From the IMG/VR virus record IMGVR_UViG_3300027571_000023, positions 1-41,825 of that record: a DNA stretch of 41,825 bases; one strand, given 5' to 3'. Positions 18,610-27,422 of the stretch are shown here, piece after piece. How positions within the stretch are numbered: position 1 is the first letter of the stretch; every line of letters starts with the position of its first letter. A program made the position numbers and the translations under genes. The notes beneath the pieces are model-generated. The model searched no databases. It saw nothing but the letters and a program-made list of their open reading frames with translations, and was not told the origin of the DNA. This DNA comes from a virus. Taxonomy: Duplodnaviria; Caudoviricetes.

Positions 18610-21600
18610 ATGGATGATTTCAAAAGCTACGCAAGCAGAACCCTGAATACAGATAATACTCAATATAAGAATGTTATCTGGCAAGCAGGAAAGCCCCCAC
18701 TAGACAGCGAATTGAACCTTATGGGTCAGATCGCGACTCAAAACCAAGCAAGCTTAGTTAGATCTCAAGCACATAGCGGGGTTCTTATTGACCCTCGCTC
18801 TGCAGACAGAGACTTTAGCTTTAGAAAAACATGGTCGAACTACTTTAGGCTGAAGCCTTTCAGTGCATTAGTAAACGGAAACCTCGTCACGGTTGAAGAT
18901 CTCGACATTAAACTCCCTCCCCCTCCAGAATCAGGGGCTCGGACGGACTTCGTATTCCTTGAAATTTGGAATACAATCATATCCGCAGAAGGATCGGGAG
19001 CGGTAACTAATAAGCCTACCCCCACTACGATATACCAAAACGGTAATGTGGGTGGTCAAGACACTCTCGAAGATGAGTTGGTAGACGGACAGGTTGGTTT
19101 TGAGACGACAAAGAGAGTACAAACACAATACCAAGTGAGAGTCGTCAGTGGCGTTGACACCAAATCACACCCTGAAGGTATTTCAAGTCCTCTAGTGACT
19201 GCGGTAGGCCCTACAGACGGCCTCGCGAATCAGCCCTTTTCAAACGTAACAGGAGATGCTGGGTTGTGGTCAGCGTCCGTTAATGACGTTTACCTCTCAG
19301 AGAACACCATCTATGCAATACCTCTTTGTTGCGTGTTTCGACGCAATGAAGAACCTTATAGGGATGTCGCAAATGCAGGTGGGCCTAACCATAATGGGGC
19401 GGTAAACCGTAAACCATCTTCCACTTCTACTAACGACGCGACTTCTCTTGTTCAATCTAGCCTTACTGTCGCTATTACTAGAGATCAAATAGGTAACGTC
19501 ACACTCTCTGACCTTGTAGGTTCTGGATTAGATGATTCAGATCTTTTTCCTGCGAACACCTCACGATTCTTTGTTCTCGGGCAAGGCATTAACCGTGAAG
19601 TGATCAAGGTTTCTTCCATCGACACAAGTAACAACAGGATAGTTATTGAAGAGAGAGGCGTCGCGGGATCTCAAGCTAAGTACCACATACCAGACACGCC
19701 TATTTCCCTGTTTAATCCGCGACCTGACTCAAAGTATGCCGACGAAGTCCAATTCGAAGATGTGCTTGATATGAGACACGCGACGACATTAGGAGAGTGG
19801 GACTATCAGTCTTTACTTGAAAGTTCCGTGACAGACCTCTTATTCGGAAGACTTAAGACTACATACAAGCAAAGCTCCGTCAATGCCTTTAGCAAAGGCA
19901 CTGTCATTGAAGAAGTCTCTTACCTTAGTAGCGTAGCTTCAAACAGAACACATCAGATGGACTTCCCAAATGGGTATCGTGACACATGGTCTGATGCTTC
20001 TTATCCCCAGATGGGTCTGACCCTTTACCTAAAACCTACGGTTGCTACAAATAACGCAGGTCTCAGCACGGAGAACCTCGATGTGAGTAACCAAAACACA
20101 TGGGAAATTGGGCCAGACCTCTCCCCCTCTGCATTCTTGTTCGATACCACACCCGTGCAAACAGGGTCTATCCTGTTTCTTACTCTAGACGGTGCTTTAG
20201 ATAATCTGGGGTATGGGGTCAAAGGTAACACCATTCAAGACAAGGGTATCAGGTTCATCGCCCCCTCTGAGATAGGGACGCTTGGTCAAGTGAAGAGACC
20301 TCCGTTCATCATCGAACAATTAGGTGCTGAACACAACAACCTGAGTTATCCTACTTTCGAGAGTAACTTTGAAAAGCCCTTTATCGTACTAGGGAGACTT
20401 AGAGGAGCTGAAACTTTCACAACCTCTACCTCAGACCCTGATCGCAACAACCACAACTTTACAGTGCTTTATAAGAAGACGGCATACTCGGATTCCGAGA
20501 TGTCGATTTCACAGGGTGGTGTGAATATAGATTTTGATGAAGTCTTAGCTCTCCAATTGAACTCAATTCCTTTGACTCAAGAGGACATCAGCCTCATCTC
20601 TTCATATGACTCTAGTGTCGTGACCAGAGAAGAATCAAACCTTTATGCTCTTGTGTATGGAGATCCTACAGACGGGTCTAGTGCTAATGGTGTATTTAGA
20701 GTCATCTCTGTGTCAGACAATTTCTCAGCCTCCGATTACTATCTTGATGTGGCGAACACTCTTTGGAATCCTTCGGCAGGTATAACAAACACTGTTATCC
20801 TACAACCAATAGATGACAGAGGGGTAAGACTTGCTCAAATCGCAGATGGTCTTGATTTAAGAGTAGAGTTCAGAAGCCAAAAGATCACTGAGCTTGATGA
20901 TTCAATCGCAATTGCAGTTACGAGCTCCGATCAAGCAAGCAACTCACTCTACACTCAGAACGAGTTTCAGTTGAGCGTTTCAATCTTGTACCCTCCTGCA
21001 CTAGGGGCAACTGCGAACGTGCCTTCAAGTATTCATAAAGTAGGGATCACACCCCCTAACAGAGATCACTTCTTGAGAAACGCACTCAGTGACTTAGATG
21101 TTTCTAATGCCTCTGCTCTGCCCCTGATCTCAGGTGAAATCGACCTTCCTACTAAGAACCATATCTCCTTGTGGAATAGGTTGCCCTCTTCTAATCTCCC
21201 CACGGGCTGGACTACCAACCTCGGAGGTAGGGTCATCAATGAAGAATCTGATCGGGAGAGTGAGGTCTTTAAAGATGAGGGGTCTAAGACTCTTATCCTT
21301 AGACCTTATCAGAAGAAGCAGGTTATTCTCCACCAGCACATCGAAGCGGCTGACCAAATTCCCACAAATTACTCAAACGGGCAAACTCTTGTAGATGGAG
21401 GCGGCCTCTTTGTTAAAAAAGGCGTGTATAGATTACCTGAAGCCCTAGTGCCTAGATTCGGTAGGCAAGACATCCCGATGCATACTCGGACATCAGGGAG
21501 CGATTCTTTCCTCTCAGGTCTAAATCACATATTCGCGGATAAAGTGACCGTCTCCGACGAGGTGTTTAACATTGTCGGAGGCGTCTCAAATGTCGGCAAC

Positions 21601-23793
21601 CAAGGGGTTGAACCTGTCCTCTTTGACACTCAAGGCAACTACGGCGAATACGCACAGAGTCTGGCGACTGTGAATGCTATTGGTGTGCGGAAAAGAGAAG
21701 AAGGAGGTATTGCAGGAAATCGTACAGACTCCCTCCTTGTTCCAACAAGTGATTTTGGCACTTCACTACAAGGTGTGGAGCTCCCCCCTTATTACGGGGT
21801 GGCTCGCATCTATGGTGTCTATGACAGGGAATCGTACATAGCCCATATTGCAGGCAACGGTAATACTAGTGGTCACAACTCTGAGCGTGTTCTGCCTATT
21901 GATGCCCTCACTAACGGTCTATGCCCGAACTTGTTGAGGACAGATGTCTCAGACTTCACTCTCTACATCAACCAGAATGGTGGTAATGAAGATGTGAATG
22001 ACCCCTCTTACGGTGATGCACACACCTATGTACTCACAGAACACGCCATAGACATCACAAGAAGCCCTAACTACAATGACACGAAGTCCTTTAAAGACTT
22101 CGATTATGTCATAGAGGCTGTTGTCTTCGGGTTCGCAAATGGGTTCATTAATAAAAACCAAGACGTACTTCTCAGGAAATATAATGGGTCTGGGGTACTC
22201 CGAAATGCGGTTGATACCAGCAAGATCACAATAGACTCCGTGATCCCTTTTGCTCCTCCTCAAGGATCAAAAGTCGCAGTCGCGTACAAACGAACCGTTT
22301 ATCAAGGAAACCCCTTCTTTACAAAGGGCGTAAATATTCTTGATGACTCGGATCAAACCCTACCTTATGGCAGAAAGAGTGTAGACGACCTACAGCTCGG
22401 CAACAGGGATCAAAACACCGTTGAATTACCCAACAGAAGAAACCTGCAAGTTCTCGCGAGCATGGACTTTTATACCACTCTAGGTACGGGCAAGCTCGGC
22501 GGTGAAGTTTACCCTACCACAGTGACGGACATAAACCATACTGAGCACAAGCCTTTCAGGAATCCGACCCTATACACAGGGGCATACCCTAGTACGAAAA
22601 CCTCCACATTTTCCCAACCCTCTCAAAAGGGAGGGTATGCAACGATCTTCCTTTTTGATAACATCGCGATCATAAATAAATACGCGACCGCGACTGTCTC
22701 GTTCTCAAATTCCAAAGAAAGCTTTAGCTTTCCTTTTGCAGGTTACGCAGACGCAACCATCATAGCGACAGAGCTCATGAACTTCCTGCAAGGCAGGGGA
22801 TATGAGCTTTCCCAAGTTACGGGCGACTACACGCATGCAGGGTCAGATCACAAATACTATGGGATTTTGATCCGTGAACCTTATGCTAACTATAACACTA
22901 TAATGTCTCTAGATACTCAGTTCGCGGGGAGAGATCTTCAGCTCTTCGAAGGCGTGCGGGAAGCCCCTATGAGCTTCAACTTCTATGATTCCGTTGTTGT
23001 CGGTAACAGAGAAAATGAGTATGGCCTCCCAAGTAGGACGCGAACCTCTGTGTCATTCTCTAAACCTTCGTATAACCCAACAAATGCAGGGTCTGGCATC
23101 ACTCCTATATCTCTCGTAGGATTGACTTCGAGGCTTCCGCTGGGGTCTCTTGTCAGAGACGCAGATTTTGTGTGTGAAGACATACTCAATAACCAATCAA
23201 GCTACCTCTTCTCCTCTACGGGGAATATCTCTACACTGTCCAACAGTGTACCCGTCAACCCTGATGGCAGACCCTATTCAAGGTCTGTGGGCGTGTCTGG
23301 TGATATTCTCCAAATGACATCTGGAGACCTAAGTCAGTCTGTCCCTTTAGCTGAAAGCAATAACTATTACTCTGTCTCTAGAGGAAGCGGTGCTGTCTTC
23401 GGCAGTTCTGGAGATGTAGCAGGTTCTCCTTTCAGCTTCCTCACGACATCTCTTAACGAAAGTTCAAAGCCTGTACTCAAGGGGTCGGCTCTGGCGTGTA
23501 GGGCGATGCTCGTAAAGAACTTTTATGAAGAGTTTCAAGGAAACGTTAGATCCTACGGTGACGAACTCCAATTACTTGTCGTGACTCACTGTATAGACGG
23601 GGCTACAAGATCGCCTCTAACAGCAAACACAACCTCTTCTCAACTTACCATCGGAGGTGAGATCTCACCGACAGGGTATGGAGAAGGGTTTGCCGCCGCT
23701 GACAGATACCGAATTAAAGGCAGGCCTCTTTCAAAGACCCATTCAAACCAAGAAGACTTGAACATCAAACCTGCACCTTACAACTCCAAGTAA
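18610..23793 (+). CDS. Very large virion protein (1727 aa), paralog of 8919-12104
   Basis: TAAGGTG SD. Shares ordered motifs with 8919-12104: PPLDSELNL, DFVFLEIW, KRVQTQYQVRV, DAGLW, IYAIPL..VFRRN, RPDSKYADEV..EDVLDMR. Confidence 0.6.
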   Translation: MDDFKSYASRTLNTDNTQYKNVIWQAGKPPLDSELNLMGQIATQNQASLVRSQAHSGVLIDPRSADRDFSFRKTWSNYFRLKPFSALVNGNLVTVEDLDIKLPPPPESGARTDFVFLEIWNTIISAEGSGAVTNKPTPTTIYQNGNVGGQDTLEDELVDGQVGFETTKRVQTQYQVRVVSGVDTKSHPEGISSPLVTAVGPTDGLANQPFSNVTGDAGLWSASVNDVYLSENTIYAIPLCCVFRRNEEPYRDVANAGGPNHNGAVNRKPSSTSTNDATSLVQSSLTVAITRDQIGNVTLSDLVGSGLDDSDLFPANTSRFFVLGQGINREVIKVSSIDTSNNRIVIEERGVAGSQAKYHIPDTPISLFNPRPDSKYADEVQFEDVLDMRHATTLGEWDYQSLLESSVTDLLFGRLKTTYKQSSVNAFSKGTVIEEVSYLSSVASNRTHQMDFPNGYRDTWSDASYPQMGLTLYLKPTVATNNAGLSTENLDVSNQNTWEIGPDLSPSAFLFDTTPVQTGSILFLTLDGALDNLGYGVKGNTIQDKGIRFIAPSEIGTLGQVKRPPFIIEQLGAEHNNLSYPTFESNFEKPFIVLGRLRGAETFTTSTSDPDRNNHNFTVLYKKTAYSDSEMSISQGGVNIDFDEVLALQLNSIPLTQEDISLISSYDSSVVTREESNLYALVYGDPTDGSSANGVFRVISVSDNFSASDYYLDVANTLWNPSAGITNTVILQPIDDRGVRLAQIADGLDLRVEFRSQKITELDDSIAIAVTSSDQASNSLYTQNEFQLSVSILYPPALGATANVPSSIHKVGITPPNRDHFLRNALSDLDVSNASALPLISGEIDLPTKNHISLWNRLPSSNLPTGWTTNLGGRVINEESDRESEVFKDEGSKTLILRPYQKKQVILHQHIEAADQIPTNYSNGQTLVDGGGLFVKKGVYRLPEALVPRFGRQDIPMHTRTSGSDSFLSGLNHIFADKVTVSDEVFNIVGGVSNVGNQGVEPVLFDTQGNYGEYAQSLATVNAIGVRKREEGGIAGNRTDSLLVPTSDFGTSLQGVELPPYYGVARIYGVYDRESYIAHIAGNGNTSGHNSERVLPIDALTNGLCPNLLRTDVSDFTLYINQNGGNEDVNDPSYGDAHTYVLTEHAIDITRSPNYNDTKSFKDFDYVIEAVVFGFANGFINKNQDVLLRKYNGSGVLRNAVDTSKITIDSVIPFAPPQGSKVAVAYKRTVYQGNPFFTKGVNILDDSDQTLPYGRKSVDDLQLGNRDQNTVELPNRRNLQVLASMDFYTTLGTGKLGGEVYPTTVTDINHTEHKPFRNPTLYTGAYPSTKTSTFSQPSQKGGYATIFLFDNIAIINKYATATVSFSNSKESFSFPFAGYADATIIATELMNFLQGRGYELSQVTGDYTHAGSDHKYYGILIREPYANYNTIMSLDTQFAGRDLQLFEGVREAPMSFNFYDSVVVGNRENEYGLPSRTRTSVSFSKPSYNPTNAGSGITPISLVGLTSRLPLGSLVRDADFVCEDILNNQSSYLFSSTGNISTLSNSVPVNPDGRPYSRSVGVSGDILQMTSGDLSQSVPLAESNNYYSVSRGSGAVFGSSGDVAGSPFSFLTTSLNESSKPVLKGSALACRAMLVKNFYEEFQGNVRSYGDELQLLVVTHCIDGATRSPLTANTTSSQLTIGGEISPTGYGEGFAAADRYRIKGRPLSKTHSNQEDLNIKPAPYNSK

Positions 23794-23903
23794 GTATCCC
23801 TAGAGAAACCTATTCTCAGGAGTGAATTGATACACCCCACTTTTAAATTTAATAAAGGCTAGTTCATGTTAACCGCCCCGCATTTAAGCAAGATTGAAAA
23901 GCA

Positions 23904-24188
23904 ATGAAAAAGACAAAAACTCCGACAAGAGAAAGGACACAAGGAAGGGCGGAGTGCAGGTGCTCTAGCTGTGGTGTACTTCTACCAAAGACCAAATTAG
24001 GTTGGGGTCTGATCTGGCATGACGGGTCAGGTATGTGTGCCAAGTGTCTGTATAAGTGGCGTAAAACAGGGGGCTACTTTGAAGACCTCAGGAAAAAGAA
24101 AGAACGAGCTGAGCAGAAAGAGTTAGAGAAGCTCAGCGTCAACGCCAAAATGGAATATAATTCTTCCAACCCCCAGATTGAGACTTAG
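23904..24188 (+). CDS. Small basic protein with putative Zn finger (CxCxxC...CxxC)
   Basis: Contains 'CRCSSCG' and 'CAKC', followed by a Lys/Glu-rich helix. It fills the gap between the convergent operons. The SD is weak and the 3' end overlaps the opposite gene by 50 nt. Confidence 0.5.
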   Translation: MKKTKTPTRERTQGRAECRCSSCGVLLPKTKLGWGLIWHDGSGMCAKCLYKWRKTGGYFEDLRKKKERAEQKELEKLSVNAKMEYNSSNPQIET

Positions 24189-25080
24189 ATCTGGCGGACT
24201 CTCTTAAGATCCCGTCTCGGATCTCGTTCTTGATCTCGAACATGAAAACAGAGGCAGAGGATATAAGCGAAGGGGGGACTTCAAGAAGCATGAGTCTTCG
24301 GTACTCTCGAGCAATCTCTTTACTTCTCTTCTTGAAACCAAAATTGAAGTCAACATTAGGGTCAAAAGAGGTCTCCTTGACGCTCTCGATATTTAAGCTA
24401 CCCCCTCGACCTAACATATTCTTATAAAGTCTAGTGCCTTCCAGACTCCCATGTTCTCTGATAAGGGTGTCTTGAAGAGCTACCTTGAGTGCTTCCTCTT
24501 CGTCCTTGACTAGTATCTTTGTCCGATTAAGAAGATTTTTGAACTTGCCCTCCAGCACCTTCACAAAGACAGCTACGCTCTGCACCGTGACAGACCCCTT
24601 ATCCACATAGGACACCTTGTAAGAGAAGTCCCCCTTGAGGCCTATGTTAGAGAGAAGAGACAAGCTCTTCAAGTCAAATATAGCACCCTTGATCTTTGCA
24701 CGCCTAAAAGAAGTGAAACGGTCAAACTCTGCACCTGAAAAGTCTGCCCCTTTTAGATCCGCACCGTCAAATGTCGCACCTTTAAGGTCAGTACCCTTGA
24801 AAACAGCGTCCGTTGCAATCATATTCTCAAGGTTAATATCCCGCATATCCGAACCCGAGAAATCCCCCCCTCTAACGTCCACCTTCTTGCCCGACCAATC
24901 GAACTTGGAGAACTCTTTTTCAACGGCGTTCCTGAAGTAAGCGGTGTTCTCTTTTACCAGAGAGCTAGGATTCCGTTTCTCTTCCTCTTCGAGTTCTCTC
25001 TTGAGACTAGAGATCTCTTTTCTTAATTGCTCGATGACCTTTGTTTGGTTTTTCTTCTTGCGTCCCGACAGCTTATTCAT
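24139..25080 (-). CDS. Pentapeptide-repeat protein with N-terminal coiled coil
   Basis: AAGGGAG SD. aa ~60-136 (nt ~24673-24903) read GDFSG SDMRD INLEN MIATD AVFKG TDLKG ATFDG ADLKG ADFSG, matching the A[DN][LF]xx consensus. aa 14-36 are heptad-like. Confidence 0.85.
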   Translation of the reverse strand: MNKLSGRKKKNQTKVIEQLRKEISSLKRELEEEEKRNPSSLVKENTAYFRNAVEKEFSKFDWSGKKVDVRGGDFSGSDMRDINLENMIATDAVFKGTDLKGATFDGADLKGADFSGAEFDRFTSFRRAKIKGAIFDLKSLSLLSNIGLKGDFSYKVSYVDKGSVTVQSVAVFVKVLEGKFKNLLNRTKILVKDEEEALKVALQDTLIREHGSLEGTRLYKNMLGRGGSLNIESVKETSFDPNVDFNFGFKKRSKEIAREYRRLMLLEVPPSLISSASVFMFEIKNEIRDGILRESARSKSQSGGWKNYIPFWR

Positions 25081-25108
25081 GAGGTTCTCCCTTTTTACAA
25101 TTAGGAGA

Positions 25109-25124
25109 TATAAATAAAGTATTA
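25109..25124 (-). promoter_or_regulatory. Candidate phage late-promoter motif TAATACT-TTA-TTTATA
   Basis: Minus-strand match to the consensus, 29 nt before the pentapeptide gene start. The TAA is the spike gene stop codon. Confidence 0.6.
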
Positions 25125-27422
25125 GCCCGAAGCGAGATTCTGCCCTCGCGGGGGGCAGAACACAGAGTAACGCACACCCAATATGGGGTGTATGTCAGAA
25201 CCACAGACTATGGCTCCATGTGAAAGACCAGGACTAGTGAGACTGATGCTTGAACCCGATATTGAGACTCCTGTATTACCTCTAATGGAGACGGCATTAG
25301 AGGTTAAAGATACACTAAGCCCCGCTGAGACTATCACGCTCCCCTGAGGGGAAGCAAACTTACAACCCGTAACGTCAGTCGTTTGTGTTGTGCCTGATAC
25401 AGACAATGTGTCTACGCCAGAGAGGATCGTCTTTGTCTCTGTGCCTACCGTCACTTTCCTAGTGTTTGTAGCGGGGCCTACAAACGTCTCTTCTTTACCC
25501 CCATAGGCGTTCACATAAGAATCTGAAGCCCCTCCTACGTGACCTGAGACAGGGGTTGCCAAAATCTTGACTTTACGCACTGCACCATGAAGCGGATTTC
25601 CTTGAGGTGGTCCAGAAACGGAAATGTCCATCGACCCTACTGCGGTCTGTTTTATATTCTCTGAAGAGAGGTTTAACCCAGACCCTGTAGACAAAGTGAG
25701 TTGAGAAGAAGAGTTGAGTCGGATCTCTCCAGCTTGTGAGAAATCAACAAGGGGGGCTTTAAGTGATATTGAAGAAGCAGACTCTATAGAGATCCTTTTT
25801 TTACCGACAACCTCTACAGACACCTCCCTCCCATCACCATCTAAGTTAGCTCCCTCCTTAGAGGATAGTCCTTCTATCCGAGTTGTCCCCCCTGACAAAT
25901 GAAGAGACTCACTCCCTCTGAGTACGGTATCTTCAGAGCCGATACTTATCTGACTGCTCTGTAGTCGAACTCCACCTGCTACTGTCATAAGAGCGGCATC
26001 TTCGGACTCGCTAGATATGAACCCTCTGTACTTCCCTCCTTTTGTGAATGAAGAAAATGTGTCTAGAGTATCTGGCAAGATTGGACTAATACGTAGCAAA
26101 GTCGCCGAGTGGTTCTCAAACAAGGTATCTGCGTCTGCACCGTTAAGTGAACCACTCTCCTCATCTACATCAGGCACTAAAGGAACGCCATATTGTTCAG
26201 AACCTTGGAAAGAGAAAGGGTCGTTACCTACAGGTGTGCCTAGAACCCACTCGATAAAGGTAGGTTCTCCTGATTCCCCCCGTGAGTTAGGTGCCCTGTC
26301 ACTATCAAAGCCATCTGTCTGTTCTGTAACGGGGAGCATCCCATCTGTGGTGTGAGTCAGCTCAATGCGATATTCAGTAAATGCCTCCCCTTCTTCCACC
26401 GCATTGGACGCAAGCTCCCTGCCCACCCTGAATATAGACTTGCCTCCATAAGTAATCGCAGACCCGTCTGTCGAGTCATAAAAGTTCTCATCAACAAGAC
26501 CTGCGTGATACAAGAACCTATAAGGATCAAGCGGGGGAGGGAACTCTCCTTGAAAGCTCGACTCAAGATTGTACATCTCATTTTCATCGAAAACGGAATC
26601 AGGGCCTCGCTGAAACAGAGGGTGTGGGGTCAGCTTCCCTGCTTCTATCGGGTCTTTTTCAAAACCGTCTGCCAATGGGTAGTAGGGCTGGCCTGAGTTG
26701 TCGAGCTGGATAGAGGAATTCCATTGGATTCCATCGGAGAACATCTCTTTAGGGAGGCTCCTAGCGTCTCTTTGAACCATGCCACCATAGACCCTAGCTC
26801 CCGACATCGCATGAAACTGCTGTAGAGATCTCATCACGATAGCTTGGTCTTGGTCTCTTAGGACAATTTCATTCGACCTGCGGTTACTTAGTAAAACGCT
26901 TTCATTTAGCACCAGATCTGAACCCTGAGAAGAACTACCCGCCACGTTACCTGGGTTGTAGTGTCTCATTTTATGTCTTGTTCTTTGGTGGTAGGCGGAC
27001 ACTTGTTGCCTTTTAACATTCGTGTCCACCCCCTCACCAGGAGCAAAGCTCTGAGTAGGCAACCAATCATGACCTAAATAACTAGCCCGAGGCCACCAAG
27101 CTAAGATTGCAGGTGTCTTATTACTAGAAGGGCCATTACTGTTACCCACAAACCAGCCCACGACGCATTGGTCTCCTACCTCTGGGATACCACCCATGAA
27201 ATGCCTATTGCCCAAAGAGGGCATCAGCAATTCAACACCAGATAGAGGCTGAGACAAGTCTCCTTCCCCATGTATGATCTGAAGGGTACAACGCATCTCC
27301 TCAGAATGAATCTCTACAATCTTGGCGATACAAAGGGAAAGGGCGTGTCTACCCCTTGAAGGGTCTCCCTCTCGATTTGCGATGTCCTGACTTTGCTGAG
27401 CTACTGTTTTCCCTTTATTCAT
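25122..27422 (-). CDS. Baseplate central spike (T4 gp5 / P2 gpV / VgrG-like)
   Basis: N-terminal OB-fold pattern 'IAKIVEIH..EMRCTLQI...GGIPEVGDQCVVGW'. C-terminal Ser/Thr/Gly-rich beta-strand repeats ('ISIESASSISLKA', 'LTLSTGSGLNLSS'). Follows the hub gene with an ATGA overlap. Confidence 0.75.
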   Translation of the reverse strand: MNKGKTVAQQSQDIANREGDPSRGRHALSLCIAKIVEIHSEEMRCTLQIIHGEGDLSQPLSGVELLMPSLGNRHFMGGIPEVGDQCVVGWFVGNSNGPSSNKTPAILAWWPRASYLGHDWLPTQSFAPGEGVDTNVKRQQVSAYHQRTRHKMRHYNPGNVAGSSSQGSDLVLNESVLLSNRRSNEIVLRDQDQAIVMRSLQQFHAMSGARVYGGMVQRDARSLPKEMFSDGIQWNSSIQLDNSGQPYYPLADGFEKDPIEAGKLTPHPLFQRGPDSVFDENEMYNLESSFQGEFPPPLDPYRFLYHAGLVDENFYDSTDGSAITYGGKSIFRVGRELASNAVEEGEAFTEYRIELTHTTDGMLPVTEQTDGFDSDRAPNSRGESGEPTFIEWVLGTPVGNDPFSFQGSEQYGVPLVPDVDEESGSLNGADADTLFENHSATLLRISPILPDTLDTFSSFTKGGKYRGFISSESEDAALMTVAGGVRLQSSQISIGSEDTVLRGSESLHLSGGTTRIEGLSSKEGANLDGDGREVSVEVVGKKRISIESASSISLKAPLVDFSQAGEIRLNSSSQLTLSTGSGLNLSSENIKQTAVGSMDISVSGPPQGNPLHGAVRKVKILATPVSGHVGGASDSYVNAYGGKEETFVGPATNTRKVTVGTETKTILSGVDTLSVSGTTQTTDVTGCKFASPQGSVIVSAGLSVSLTSNAVSIRGNTGVSISGSSISLTSPGLSHGAIVCGSDIHPILGVRYSVFCPPRGQNLASG

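Noticed and set aside
23813-23827. GAGAA/TTCTC stem after the last + strand structural gene as a terminator
   Set aside because: Only 5 bp, AT-rich and without a U-tract.
25109-25116. TATAAATA, the T4 late promoter consensus, on the + strand
   Set aside because: It points against the local genes. It is the reverse complement of part of the TA[ACG]T-N3-TTTAT motif and does not recur at the other sites.
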